Source of the DNA: Halorhodospira halophila SL1 | Lineage (GTDB): Bacteria > Pseudomonadota > Gammaproteobacteria > Nitrococcales > Halorhodospiraceae | NCBI RefSeq assembly: GCF_000015585.1 | Contig: NC_008789.1 | Coordinates: forward strand, 2,400,001-2,432,000 | Reading direction: 5' to 3' | DNA: 32,000 nt | Shown here: positions 1-7,789 of the stretch, piece after piece | Layout of the letters: every line of letters starts with the position of its first letter | How positions within the stretch are numbered: position 1 is the first letter of the stretch | Notes under the pieces: generated by a model | What the model was told of the DNA's origin: nothing | The model's input: the letters and a program-made list of their open reading frames with translations, nothing else | Databases searched by the model: none | Position numbers and translations under genes: made by a program

Positions 1-26
1 CCTCGCAATGGGCGCAGCTCATGCCC

Positions 27-929
27 TCAATCCGGATTCTGACCGTTTCCATGACTTGCTCCGTCTGCTTGGATCCGTTGCTCCAGCTTATCGACCTTGG
101 CGTGCAGTTCGCGCAGGTGGTGAAGCATCTCTTCGCGCTCGTTGTGGGCCTTCTCCTCGGAGGCGACCCGCTTCTCTTCCTCTTCTTCCCAGTGCAGGGA
201 CTGCATGCTATTGACGATGATACCGATGAAAAGGTTCAGAACGGTAAACGCCGACACCAGGATAAAGGCTACGAAGTAGAACCACGCCCCGGTGTACTCC
301 TCCATCACCGGGCGGGCGATGGCCTCTGACCAGCTCTCCAGCGTCATCACCTGGAACAGGGTGTACATGCTCGCACCGATGCTGCCAAACCAGTCGGGGA
401 AGGTGTTGCCGTAGAGCTCGGTGCCCATCACGGCAAAGACGTAGTAGACCAGCCCGAGCAGCACCCCGATCCAGCCGATGCCCGGCAGGGCGCGCAGCAG
501 CGACTCGACAATGATGCGCAGCCGGGAGACCTGGGAGAGCAGCCGCAGCAGGCGCAGGATGCGCAGCGCGCGGAGCACCGAGTAAGCGCCGGCGTCGGGG
601 ACCAGGGAGATCGCCACGATGCCGAAGTCGAAGAGGTTCCAGGGCCCTCGGAAGAAACGTGGCCCCCAGGCCACGACCCGCAGCGCGATCTCGACGACGA
701 AGAAGGCGAGGATGAGTTCGTTGATCAGCGGGATGGCCCCACGACTCCACGCCACCAGATCGTCCGAGGTCTCCAGCCCCAGGGTGACGCCGTTGATGCA
801 AATCACGGCAATGACCGTGTTCTGGAACAGCCGCGCCTCAACCAGCCCCTGCAGACGCGCGTGCCATTCCCTGATCGGGGAGCGCGCCCCCGAGCCCCGG
901 TCACTTGAAAAAGCCAAACCCGCCTCCAT
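27..929 (-). CDS. Bacterial voltage-gated sodium channel (BacNav / NaChBac family ion transport protein)
   Basis: From ORF 27..1019 (-). It has an S4 arginine ladder (LRALRILRLLRLL) and the pore/selectivity filter FQVMTLESWSE. The S6 segment FTVLNLFIGIIV is followed by an acidic neck (WEEEEEK) and a heptad-like C-terminal tail, as in BacNav coiled coils. The start is uncertain. GTG 1019 has no SD and would overlap the hsp20 start. ATG 929 is the start reported here. TTG 917 is preceded by GGAGG (927-923) at 5 nt. Confidence 0.85.
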   Translation of the reverse strand: MEAGLAFSSDRGSGARSPIREWHARLQGLVEARLFQNTVIAVICINGVTLGLETSDDLVAWSRGAIPLINELILAFFVVEIALRVVAWGPRFFRGPWNLFDFGIVAISLVPDAGAYSVLRALRILRLLRLLSQVSRLRIIVESLLRALPGIGWIGVLLGLVYYVFAVMGTELYGNTFPDWFGSIGASMYTLFQVMTLESWSEAIARPVMEEYTGAWFYFVAFILVSAFTVLNLFIGIIVNSMQSLHWEEEEEKRVASEEKAHNEREEMLHHLRELHAKVDKLEQRIQADGASHGNGQNPD

Positions 930-931
930 CT
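904..931 (+). promoter_or_regulatory. RpoH (sigma32)-type heat-shock promoter for hsp20
   Basis: CTTGAAA (904-910), a 13-nt spacer, then CTCCATCT (924-931). The consensus is CTTGAA-N13-15-CCCCATNT. It sits about 80 nt upstream of the hsp20 ATG. Confidence 0.7.
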
Positions 932-1012
932 TTAGAGTTACGGACGGGGGCACCAGCCACTGGGCCCCACTCCGAAGAACCCCCCAGTATAACGAGACAG
1001 GAGGTGATGCGT

Positions 1013-1483
1013 ATGACACTCATGCGTTACGACCCCTGGAGCACACTGCGCGACCTGCAGAGCGACCTGGACCGGATCTTCGCCCCGGGCTCGGCTCGCC
1101 CTGGCGCGCTGGCGCGGGCCGGCGAGGACAACGGCGAGACCGCCAGCAATTGGCTGCCGGCCGTGGACATCCGCGAGGATGAGCAGAACTACGTGGTCCA
1201 CGTCGACCTGCCCGGCGTCTCCCCCGAGGAGATCGATGTGGCCATGGACAACGGCATGCTGACCATCAAGGGTCAGCGCGAGTCGGAGGAGACCGAGAGC
1301 GGCGCCAACTGGAAGCGCCTGGAACGGGTCCGTGGCACCTTCTTCCGCCGCTTCACGCTGCCGGACAACGTGGACTCGGAGGGGATCCAGGCCCGCGCCC
1401 GCAATGGCGTCCTGGAGGTCACGGTACCCAAGCGCCAGGAAGAACCGGCCAAGCGCATCCAGGTGCAGGCGGCCGACGAGTAA
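1013..1483 (+). CDS. Hsp20/alpha-crystallin family small heat-shock protein (IbpA-like)
   Basis: Inner part of ORF 905..1483. AGGAGG at 999-1004 lies 8 nt before ATG 1013; ATG 1007 is too close to the SD. The product (MTLMRYDPWSTLRDLQSDLDRIF ... WLPAVDIREDEQNYVVHVDLPGV ... GVLEVTVPK) carries the alpha-crystallin domain signature. Confidence 0.92.
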   Translation: MTLMRYDPWSTLRDLQSDLDRIFAPGSARPGALARAGEDNGETASNWLPAVDIREDEQNYVVHVDLPGVSPEEIDVAMDNGMLTIKGQRESEETESGANWKRLERVRGTFFRRFTLPDNVDSEGIQARARNGVLEVTVPKRQEEPAKRIQVQAADE

Positions 1484-1506
1484 CCCTTCGCATCAACGAC
1501 CCACCC

Positions 1507-1531
1507 GCCGCGGCCTCGCCGCGGCTTTTTT
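1507..1531 (+). terminator. Rho-independent terminator of hsp20
   Basis: A 7-bp GC stem, gccgcgg (1507-1513) with ccgcggc (1519-1525), a 5-nt loop, then TTTTTT (1526-1531). Confidence 0.85.
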
Positions 1532-1602
1532 GTGGCTACAGGCGCCATCCGCCGGACGCGCGGGGTTGGGGTTCCCCCGCCGGCTGGCGCATACTGCCGG
1601 TT

Positions 1603-1977
1603 ATGGAGCTTCGAAGCCGGACAAGAGCGGGACGGGTGGGCCTCGGGCTGGTACTCGCCGCCGTGACGCTGGGGGCGTGCACCGGCTATGGCCACCAGCA
1701 GCGACCGGCCCCCGAACCGACCGACACCCAGCCCGACTACTCGGACCCGCGCCAGTGGCCGGGTAGCCACCAGCTCGACCCGGATGCCGGCGATCGCAGC
1801 ACCCGGGACGAAATGCGCGCGGCCGGCACCGAGATGTACAACCTGGGTCGCGATGCCGAACTCGAGGCGGGGGTCCGCGAACTCCAGCAAGGCATCCGCC
1901 AGGAACAGTCCGAGGTCCTCGGCACCTTCCCGGAGATCTACGGTCGCGGCGCCTGGCGGCGCTTCCCGACGCGCTAG
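1603..1977 (+). CDS. Hypothetical lipoprotein
   Basis: The N-terminus MELRSRTRAGRVGLGLVLAAVTLGAC has a basic n-region, a hydrophobic core and an LGAC lipobox. Third-position GC looks like coding sequence. I recognise no family. Confidence 0.6.
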   Translation: MELRSRTRAGRVGLGLVLAAVTLGACTGYGHQQRPAPEPTDTQPDYSDPRQWPGSHQLDPDAGDRSTRDEMRAAGTEMYNLGRDAELEAGVRELQQGIRQEQSEVLGTFPEIYGRGAWRRFPTR

Positions 1978-1990
1978 GGTGACGGCCTGG

Positions 1991-2437
1991 CTAGCCCTCG
2001 CGACCGTGGGGGACGACCACCACGGGGCAGGACGCGTGCTGCAGCACCTGGTGGCTCACCGAGCCGAGCAACAGGCCGGCAAAGCCGCCGTGACCGCGGC
2101 TGCCGACAACGAACAGCTCTGCATCCTGCCCGGCCTGATCGAGCAGCGTACCGACAATGCCGTGCCGCTCGGCATGGACCACCTCTTTGCGCAGGTCGAC
2201 CCCTTCGGGCACCTCGCCGATGGCACCCACCGCCCGGTCGAGGATCGCCCGCGCCTCCGCTTCCAGCTCCGAGGCAGCAGGGGCCACCAGCACACCGAGA
2301 TCCGAGTCCAGGTAACGCCGGTCGATGACGTAGATCGCCCGCACCGGGCAGCGGCGCAGCGCCGCCTCGTTGACCGCCCAGTTGAGGGCACGCTGCGCTC
2401 CTGTGGAGCCGTCCATACCCACCACAATCGAACTCAT
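1991..2437 (-). CDS. Universal stress protein (UspA family)
   Basis: Inner part of ORF 1991..2599. ATG 2437 is preceded by AAGGGGGG. The product MSSIVVGMDGSTGAQRALNWAV ... LFVVGSRGHGGFAGLLLGSVSHQVLQHASCPVVVV has the Usp ATP-binding motif G-2x-G-9x-G(S/T). Confidence 0.88.
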   Translation of the reverse strand: MSSIVVGMDGSTGAQRALNWAVNEAALRRCPVRAIYVIDRRYLDSDLGVLVAPAASELEAEARAILDRAVGAIGEVPEGVDLRKEVVHAERHGIVGTLLDQAGQDAELFVVGSRGHGGFAGLLLGSVSHQVLQHASCPVVVVPHGREG

Positions 2438-2532
2438 AAGCCCCCCTTGGGTCGTGCAGGCTGTTTTTCGACGGACCGAGTGAATTATAGTCCAGTGACC
2501 ATCGGCACAGACTACGGGGAAAGGAAGGCGAA

Positions 2533-4305
2533 ATGAATGCCATCTGGCTTGCGGTTGCCGTTGTCGCCCTCTACATCTTTGGATGGCTCTGGTACTCACG
2601 GTTCCTAGCGGAGCGGATCTACCGTCTGGACCCGAACTTCGTCACACCGGCCCACCGCTACCGGGACGGCGTCGACTTTGTCCCCACCAACAAGTGGGTC
2701 CTCTGGGGGCACCACTTCACCTCGGTCGCCGGCGCAGCGCCGATCGTCGGCCCGGCCATCGCCATGTACTGGGGCTGGGGGCCCGCCCTGGCCTGGGTGG
2801 CCCTAGGGACCGTCTTCGCCGCCGGCGTGCACGACTTCGGCGCCCTGGTGCTCTCCAACCGCCACCGCGGTCAGTCGGTGGGCACCATGGCCAACCGGAT
2901 CATTGGCCGCCGCGCCAAGCTCTTGTTCCTGTTCATCATCCTGATCCTCATCCTGATGGTGAACGCGGTCTTCGCCTGGGTGATCGCCAACCTGTTCATC
3001 AGCAACCCGGCCGCGGTCCTGCCGGTGGTCCTGCAGGTGCCGGTGGCGATCTGGATCGGCTACATGGTCCTGCGCCGCGGCGGCAGCCTGCTGGTGCCGT
3101 CGCTGATCGCCCTGGTGATCATGTACGGCACGGCCATCCTCACCACGCACTACGAGTTCCTGCAGATCGACCTGGTGCGCTGGTTCGGCGGTGAGGGCGA
3201 GACCACCGCCCTGTTTGGGCTGGAGGCCACCCCGGCCAGTTTCCTGATCTGGATCCTGGTCCTGCTGGCCTACGTCTACTTCGCCAGCACCCTGCCGGTG
3301 TGGAAGCTCCTGCAACCCCGGGACTACATCAACGCCCAGCAGCTGGTGGTCGGCCTGGGCATCCTCTACCTCGGTCTGTTCGTGATGCAGCCGGAGATCA
3401 CGGCGCCGGCCTACAACACCGAGGCCACCACCTCCTGGTTCCCGCTGCTGTTCATCACCATCGCCTGCGGCGCCATCTCCGGCTTCCACGGGCTGGTGGC
3501 CTCGGGGACCTCCTCGAAGCAGCTGGACAAGGAGACCGACGCCCGCACCGTCGGCTACCTGGGGGCCCTGGGTGAGGGAACCCTGGCGCTGATCACCATC
3601 ATCGCCGTGGCCACCCTGTTCGCCGGCACCGCCGAGTTCACGGACAGCTACTCGAGCTTCGCCGCGGCCGGCCAGGCCGGCGTCGGCAACTTCGTCGAAG
3701 GCGCCTCGCAGCTGGCGGGCGGCATCGGCATCCCGTCCGACGTGGCGGCCACCATCGTGGCGCTGATCATCGTCTGCTTCGCCGCCACCACGCTCGACTC
3801 GGCGGTCCGCCTGCTGCGCTACATCATCGGCGAGCTCGGCACCGAGTACCGCATCCCCAACCTCACCCGCCGCCACGTGGCCACCTCGCTGGCCGTGGGC
3901 CTGACCGCCTTCCTGGTGCTGGTCCCGGACGGGGGCGAAGGCCTCGGCTCCGGCGGTTACCTGCTCTGGCCGCTGTTCGGCACCTCCAACCAGCTGCTGG
4001 CCGGGATCACGCTGATGCTGATCTCGCTGTGGCTGTATCGGAAGGGGCGCAGCCCGATCCCCACCCTGATCCCAATGGTCTTCCTGCTGGCCATGACCAT
4101 CTGGGCCATGACCGAGCAGGTGGTCCTGGAGTGGTCGGGGCTGCGCGAGGCCGACGCCGAGTGGCTGCTCTTCGGTCTGGGCGCGGTAATCCTCGGCTTC
4201 GCCATCTGGATCCTGCTCGAGGCGGTGCGGCTGTTCCGCAACCGCGACGAGCTGGAGGCCCTGCGTGACCCGGCTGACGAAGAGCCGGAGCGGGAGCGGT
4301 CATGA
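2533..4305 (+). CDS. cstA: Carbon starvation protein A family transporter (CstA; peptide/pyruvate transporter family)
   Basis: 590-aa polytopic membrane protein. The N-terminus YSRFLAERIYRLDP ... VPTNKWVLWGHHFTSVAGAAPIVGPAIAMYWGWGPALAWV is the conserved CstA N-terminal signature. SD GGAAGG precedes ATG 2533. Confidence 0.92.
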   Translation: MNAIWLAVAVVALYIFGWLWYSRFLAERIYRLDPNFVTPAHRYRDGVDFVPTNKWVLWGHHFTSVAGAAPIVGPAIAMYWGWGPALAWVALGTVFAAGVHDFGALVLSNRHRGQSVGTMANRIIGRRAKLLFLFIILILILMVNAVFAWVIANLFISNPAAVLPVVLQVPVAIWIGYMVLRRGGSLLVPSLIALVIMYGTAILTTHYEFLQIDLVRWFGGEGETTALFGLEATPASFLIWILVLLAYVYFASTLPVWKLLQPRDYINAQQLVVGLGILYLGLFVMQPEITAPAYNTEATTSWFPLLFITIACGAISGFHGLVASGTSSKQLDKETDARTVGYLGALGEGTLALITIIAVATLFAGTAEFTDSYSSFAAAGQAGVGNFVEGASQLAGGIGIPSDVAATIVALIIVCFAATTLDSAVRLLRYIIGELGTEYRIPNLTRRHVATSLAVGLTAFLVLVPDGGEGLGSGGYLLWPLFGTSNQLLAGITLMLISLWLYRKGRSPIPTLIPMVFLLAMTIWAMTEQVVLEWSGLREADAEWLLFGLGAVILGFAIWILLEAVRLFRNRDELEALRDPADEEPERERS

Positions 4306-4580
4306 GCGCGGCGGACTCCTCCTGGTGGGCCTTACTGCAGCAGCTGCTGCGCGGCTACGACCAGTCGCTGCGCCTGGGCCACGATGCCGAGGTAAAACGG
4401 GAGCTACAGGAGCAGGAGGATCTGATCCTGTTGATGCTGTTCGGGGAGGCCATGGGCCTCCCCAACCCGGCCTCCTACTACACCCTGGAGCTCTATCCGG
4501 CGCTCATCGAGTCGTACCACGAGTGGCATCAGCGGATGGGCATGGACCACTCGCCGCTGGATCACATCCGGTGCTGTTAG
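4302..4580 (+). CDS. Small CstA-coupled protein with C-terminal Cys-Cys-stop (YbdD/YjiX-analogous position; function unknown)
   Basis: 92 aa. Its ATG overlaps the cstA stop (ATGA at 4302-4305). Third-position GC is high. It ends ...SPLDHIRCC-TAG. It occupies the slot that small DUF466 proteins occupy downstream of cstA paralogs in enterics. Confidence 0.65.
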   Translation: MSAADSSWWALLQQLLRGYDQSLRLGHDAEVKRELQEQEDLILLMLFGEAMGLPNPASYYTLELYPALIESYHEWHQRMGMDHSPLDHIRCC

Positions 4581-4604
4581 GCGTCGGCCCGTGGAGGCAT
4601 CGCG

Positions 4605-5543
4605 GTGATGCATGAACCGATCCTCTTCTTTTCCGGCAAGGGCGGCGTGGGCAAGACCACCACGGCAGCCGCCCACGCCTTGGCGGCCGCGGACAGCGGA
4701 CGACGGGTGCTGCTGGTATCCACCGACCCGGCCCACAACCTGGGCGACGCCTTCAGCCAACCACTCGGCGGACAGCCGACGCGGGTGGCACCGAACCTCG
4801 ATGCCATCGAGATCGACCCGGATGCGGAGTGCGCCCGCTACATCGAGCAGGTCAAGCAGAACATCCGGGCCACAGTGCGCTCGACGATGATCGAGGAGGC
4901 CGAACGCCAGATCGACATGGCCGGCCGCGCCCCGGGGGCCTACGAGGCGGCGCTGTTCGATCGCATGGTCGGAATCCTGCTGGACGAGGCCCATCCGGGC
5001 GAGGCGAAGGGGTACGATCAGGTGGTCTTCGATACGGCCCCCACCGGCCATACCATCCGACTGCTGACCCTGCCGGAGCTCATGGGGGCGTGGGTGGACG
5101 GCCTGCTCCGCCAGCGCACGGAGCACAACCGGGAGCGGTCGCAGTGGCTCGGCGACGGAGAGGTCCCGGAGGATCCGCTCTACGATCTGCTCAGTGAGCG
5201 GCGCCGACGCATCGCGGCGGTGCGCGACCTGATGCTGGATCCGGCCATGACAGCCTTCGTCTTTGTCCTCACTCCGGAGCACCTGCCGGTGGAGGAGACG
5301 CGGCGTGCGCTGGCGGACCTCGACAGCCACCAGCTTCGGGTCGGGGCGCTGGTGATCAACAAGGTGCTGCCGGAGGAGGCCGACGGTACCTTCGTGGCCC
5401 AGCGTCGCGCCGCGGAGGCGGAGCACCTAGCGGCGATCGAACGGCATTTCGCGGAACGGCGGCGCTACTACGTGCCGCTTCGCGCCGCGGACGTGCGCGA
5501 CCTGGACGACCTGCGCGCCATCGCCGGGCACCTGCGGGACTGA
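4605..5543 (+). CDS. ArsA/Get3-family P-loop ATPase (single-domain, anion-transporting-ATPase-like)
   Basis: Deviant Walker A GKGGVGKTT, STDPAHNLGDAF, and switch II DTAPTGHTIRLL. GGAGG (4593-4597) precedes GTG 4605 and ATG 4608, and either start is possible. Confidence 0.88.
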   Translation: MMHEPILFFSGKGGVGKTTTAAAHALAAADSGRRVLLVSTDPAHNLGDAFSQPLGGQPTRVAPNLDAIEIDPDAECARYIEQVKQNIRATVRSTMIEEAERQIDMAGRAPGAYEAALFDRMVGILLDEAHPGEAKGYDQVVFDTAPTGHTIRLLTLPELMGAWVDGLLRQRTEHNRERSQWLGDGEVPEDPLYDLLSERRRRIAAVRDLMLDPAMTAFVFVLTPEHLPVEETRRALADLDSHQLRVGALVINKVLPEEADGTFVAQRRAAEAEHLAAIERHFAERRRYYVPLRAADVRDLDDLRAIAGHLRD

Positions 5544-5785
5544 CCCCGGCGCGGGGGATGCCCCCGGTCCGCCGGCGTCGAACGAGCGCGCCCCTGCGGG
5601 GTCCCCTGCGCTGCTCACCGGCGCGGGGCCGCTCGCTTAACTCGCGGCGCTGGCGCGCCGCTCGGACAAAACCTCGCTGACCAGCGCGAACCGGTCAAGG
5701 TTCGCGCTGGGCCCCCGCGCCGGCTGCGCGGCTCGGCGCGCTCAATGACGCCGGCGGACCGGGGGCATCCCCCGCGCCGGGGTCA
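5541..5785. repeat. 245-bp composite palindrome (MITE/REP-like structured element or bidirectional terminator) between convergent genes
   Basis: 5541-5579 is the exact reverse complement of 5747-5785 (39/39). The interior has further complementary blocks, gagcgcgcc and cggcgcgggg, on both sides. At the apex is a perfect 12-bp hairpin: ccagcgcgaacc (5681-5692), loop ggtcaa, ggttcgcgctgg (5699-5710). Confidence 0.9.
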
Positions 5786-6772
5786 ATCCGCTGCGCCGAG
5801 ATCGAGCACCGTGGCGCCGGTGGTCGCCCGCGCCTCCAGATCCGTGTGGGCCCGGGCCGCCTTCTCCAGCGGGTAGCGCCGCCCCACCGCCGGCTCGATC
5901 ACCCCCTGCGTAAGGGCATCGTAGTAGGCCGACGCTCCGGCCAGCAGCTCGTGCCGATCGGCGATGTAGTGGAACAGCACCGGCCGGGTCAGGAACAGCG
6001 ACCCCTTCTGCGCCAGCAGCCCGGGCTCGATGGCAGGCGGAGCCCCCGAGGCATTGCCGTAACTGACCATCATCCCCAGTGGGCGCAGGCAATCCAGCGA
6101 GGCCTCGAAGGTGGCCGCCCCCACCGAGTCGTAGACCACATCCACACCGCGTCCCCCGGTGATCGCCTCGACCTTCTCGCGGAAGTCGTCTTGGGTGTAG
6201 AGGATGGGGTGGTGACAGCCGTGCTCGGCGGCCACCTGCGCCTTGTCCTCGTCGCCCACGGTGCCGATCACCGTGGCCCCGAGGTAGTCCGCCCACTGAC
6301 AGAGGATCTGCCCCACCCCGCCCGCGGCGGCGTGGATCAGCAGCGTATGCCCCCGGCGCACCGGGAAGGTACGGTGCAGCAGCAGCCACGCCGTGAGGCC
6401 GCGGAGAGTCGTGCCACCGGCCACCGCGTCCTCCACCTCGTCGGGGACCGGGATCAGGCGATCCGCCGGCAGCACGCGGGCCTCGGCGTAGGCGCCGGGT
6501 GGCGGCGTGGCATACGCCATCCGTTCCCCGGTCTGCACCCCGCGGACCCCGTCGCCGACCGCCTCGACCACACCACAGGCCTCGACCCCGATGCCGTGGG
6601 GCAGCTGGGGCAGCGGGTACAACCCGCTGCGGTGGTAGCAGTCGATGAAGTTGACCCCGCAGGCGGTCTGGCGCAACAGGACCTCACCCGGACCGGGGGC
6701 GGGCACGTCGATCTCCTCGACCTGGAGTTGCTCGGGGCCACCCGTTTGATGGATGCGGACAGCGCGGGCCAT
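5783..6772 (-). CDS. qor: NADPH:quinone oxidoreductase (zeta-crystallin/Qor family, MDR superfamily)
   Basis: 329 aa. MARAVRIHQTGGPEQLQVEEIDVPAPGPGEVLLRQTACGVNFIDCYHRSGLYP ... AAAGGVG nucleotide-binding motif. AGGAGG lies upstream of ATG 6772. Confidence 0.88.
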   Translation of the reverse strand: MARAVRIHQTGGPEQLQVEEIDVPAPGPGEVLLRQTACGVNFIDCYHRSGLYPLPQLPHGIGVEACGVVEAVGDGVRGVQTGERMAYATPPPGAYAEARVLPADRLIPVPDEVEDAVAGGTTLRGLTAWLLLHRTFPVRRGHTLLIHAAAGGVGQILCQWADYLGATVIGTVGDEDKAQVAAEHGCHHPILYTQDDFREKVEAITGGRGVDVVYDSVGAATFEASLDCLRPLGMMVSYGNASGAPPAIEPGLLAQKGSLFLTRPVLFHYIADRHELLAGASAYYDALTQGVIEPAVGRRYPLEKAARAHTDLEARATTGATVLDLGAAD

Positions 6773-6802
6773 GGCGTCCTCCTGTTGGCCGGGCGGCGCC
6801 GC

Positions 6803-7696
6803 TCAGGCGCCGGTGTCCAGCCCTTTGAGATAGTCCCGGAAGGCCGGGCCGAGTTCCGGATGTTCGAGTCCGTAGGCCACCGTGGCCTGCAGGTAGCCGA
6901 GCTTACTGCCGCAGTCGTAGCGTTCGCCGGCGTACTCGTAAGCGTACACCGACTCTTCCGCCATCAGGGAGACGATGGCATCGGTGAGCTGGATCTCCCC
7001 CCGGTGGTCGGGCTCGGTCCGGTCGAGGTGGTCGAAGATGTTGCGTGACAGGATGTAGCGTCCGACCACCGCCAGATTCGACGGGGCCTCAGCGGGGCTG
7101 GGCTTCTCGACCATGCCGCGCACGGCGGTCACCCCGTCGGCCACGGTCTCGCCCTCGACGACGCCGTACTTGTCCGTCTCGGCCTGCGGAACGCGCTCGA
7201 CACCGAGCACCGAACCACCGCGGGCGGCGGCCACCTCGGCCATCTGGGCCAGCGCCGGGGCACCGTCACCGGCGTTGATCAGGTCGTCGGCGAGAATGAC
7301 GCCGAACGGTTCACGGCGGCCGACCGCCGGACGGGCACAGGCGACGGCGTGCCCCAGCCCCAGGGCCTCGCCCTGGCGGATGTAGATACAGCTGACCCCC
7401 TTGGGCACGGTGTCCTTGACCAACCGGAGGAGCTTCTCCTTGCCCTTGGCCTCGAGTTCCCGCTCCAGTTCGGTGGCGGTATCGAAGTGGTCCTCGATGG
7501 CGCGCTTGGTGCGACCGGTGACGAAGACCAGGTACTCGGCGCCGGCGGCCACGGCCTCTTCCACGGCGTACTGGATCAGCGGCTTGTCGACGACCGGCAG
7601 CATCTCCTTGGGACTGGCCTTGGTGGCCGGCAGGAAGCGAGTGCCGAGCCCGGCCACCGGGAAGACGACGGTTCGGATGGGGTAGTTGGCGCTCAA
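6803..7696 (-). CDS. galU: UTP--glucose-1-phosphate uridylyltransferase
   Basis: 297 aa. [38 protein letters not shown] is the GalU signature. The start is TTG at 7696, with AGGAGG 7 nt upstream. Confidence 0.92.
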   Translation of the reverse strand: MSANYPIRTVVFPVAGLGTRFLPATKASPKEMLPVVDKPLIQYAVEEAVAAGAEYLVFVTGRTKRAIEDHFDTATELERELEAKGKEKLLRLVKDTVPKGVSCIYIRQGEALGLGHAVACARPAVGRREPFGVILADDLINAGDGAPALAQMAEVAAARGGSVLGVERVPQAETDKYGVVEGETVADGVTAVRGMVEKPSPAEAPSNLAVVGRYILSRNIFDHLDRTEPDHRGEIQLTDAIVSLMAEESVYAYEYAGERYDCGSKLGYLQATVAYGLEHPELGPAFRDYLKGLDTGA

Positions 7697-7789
7697 GATA
7701 CGACCTCCTGACGTTGTTCGGTCATTCCCTGTGCCGCCGGCCGGCGGCGATCCGGCCGACGGCCCTACCGGGTAAGGTAGGGGCCGATC

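Noticed and set aside
938-1012. ROSE-type RNA thermometer in the hsp20 leader
   Set aside because: I found no UYGCU element or convincing pairing that would occlude the AGGAGG. Only a 4-bp CUCC/GGAG match is available. I left it as a check under the promoter finding.
930-1019. GTG 1019 as the start of the channel gene
   Set aside because: It has no SD, would overlap the hsp20 start codon and cover the sigma32 promoter, and adds 30 residues with no BacNav counterpart. I kept it only as an alternative.
2470-2500. CRP site upstream of cstA (AGTGA-N6-GTCCA)
   Set aside because: It matches only about 7 of 10 core positions of TGTGA-N6-TCACA, and I cannot distinguish that from chance by eye.
2803-3876. 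357-aa minus-strand ORF antisense to cstA
   Set aside because: The product is hydrophilic, low-complexity and Asp/Gly/Arg/His-rich, opposite a clear membrane transporter, so it is a shadow ORF.
5846-7048. 400-aa plus-strand ORF antisense to qor and galU
   Set aside because: It crosses the qor-galU intergenic gap and has no SD and no motifs. The opposite strand encodes two well-supported enzymes, so this is a shadow ORF.
7745-7785. Palindrome gccgccggccggcggc and stem ccctacc/ggtaggg in the purL-galU spacer as a terminator
   Set aside because: Neither has a U-tract, and galU starts 60-90 nt further on with its own SD. They may be stabilising hairpins, but the evidence is too thin to call a terminator.
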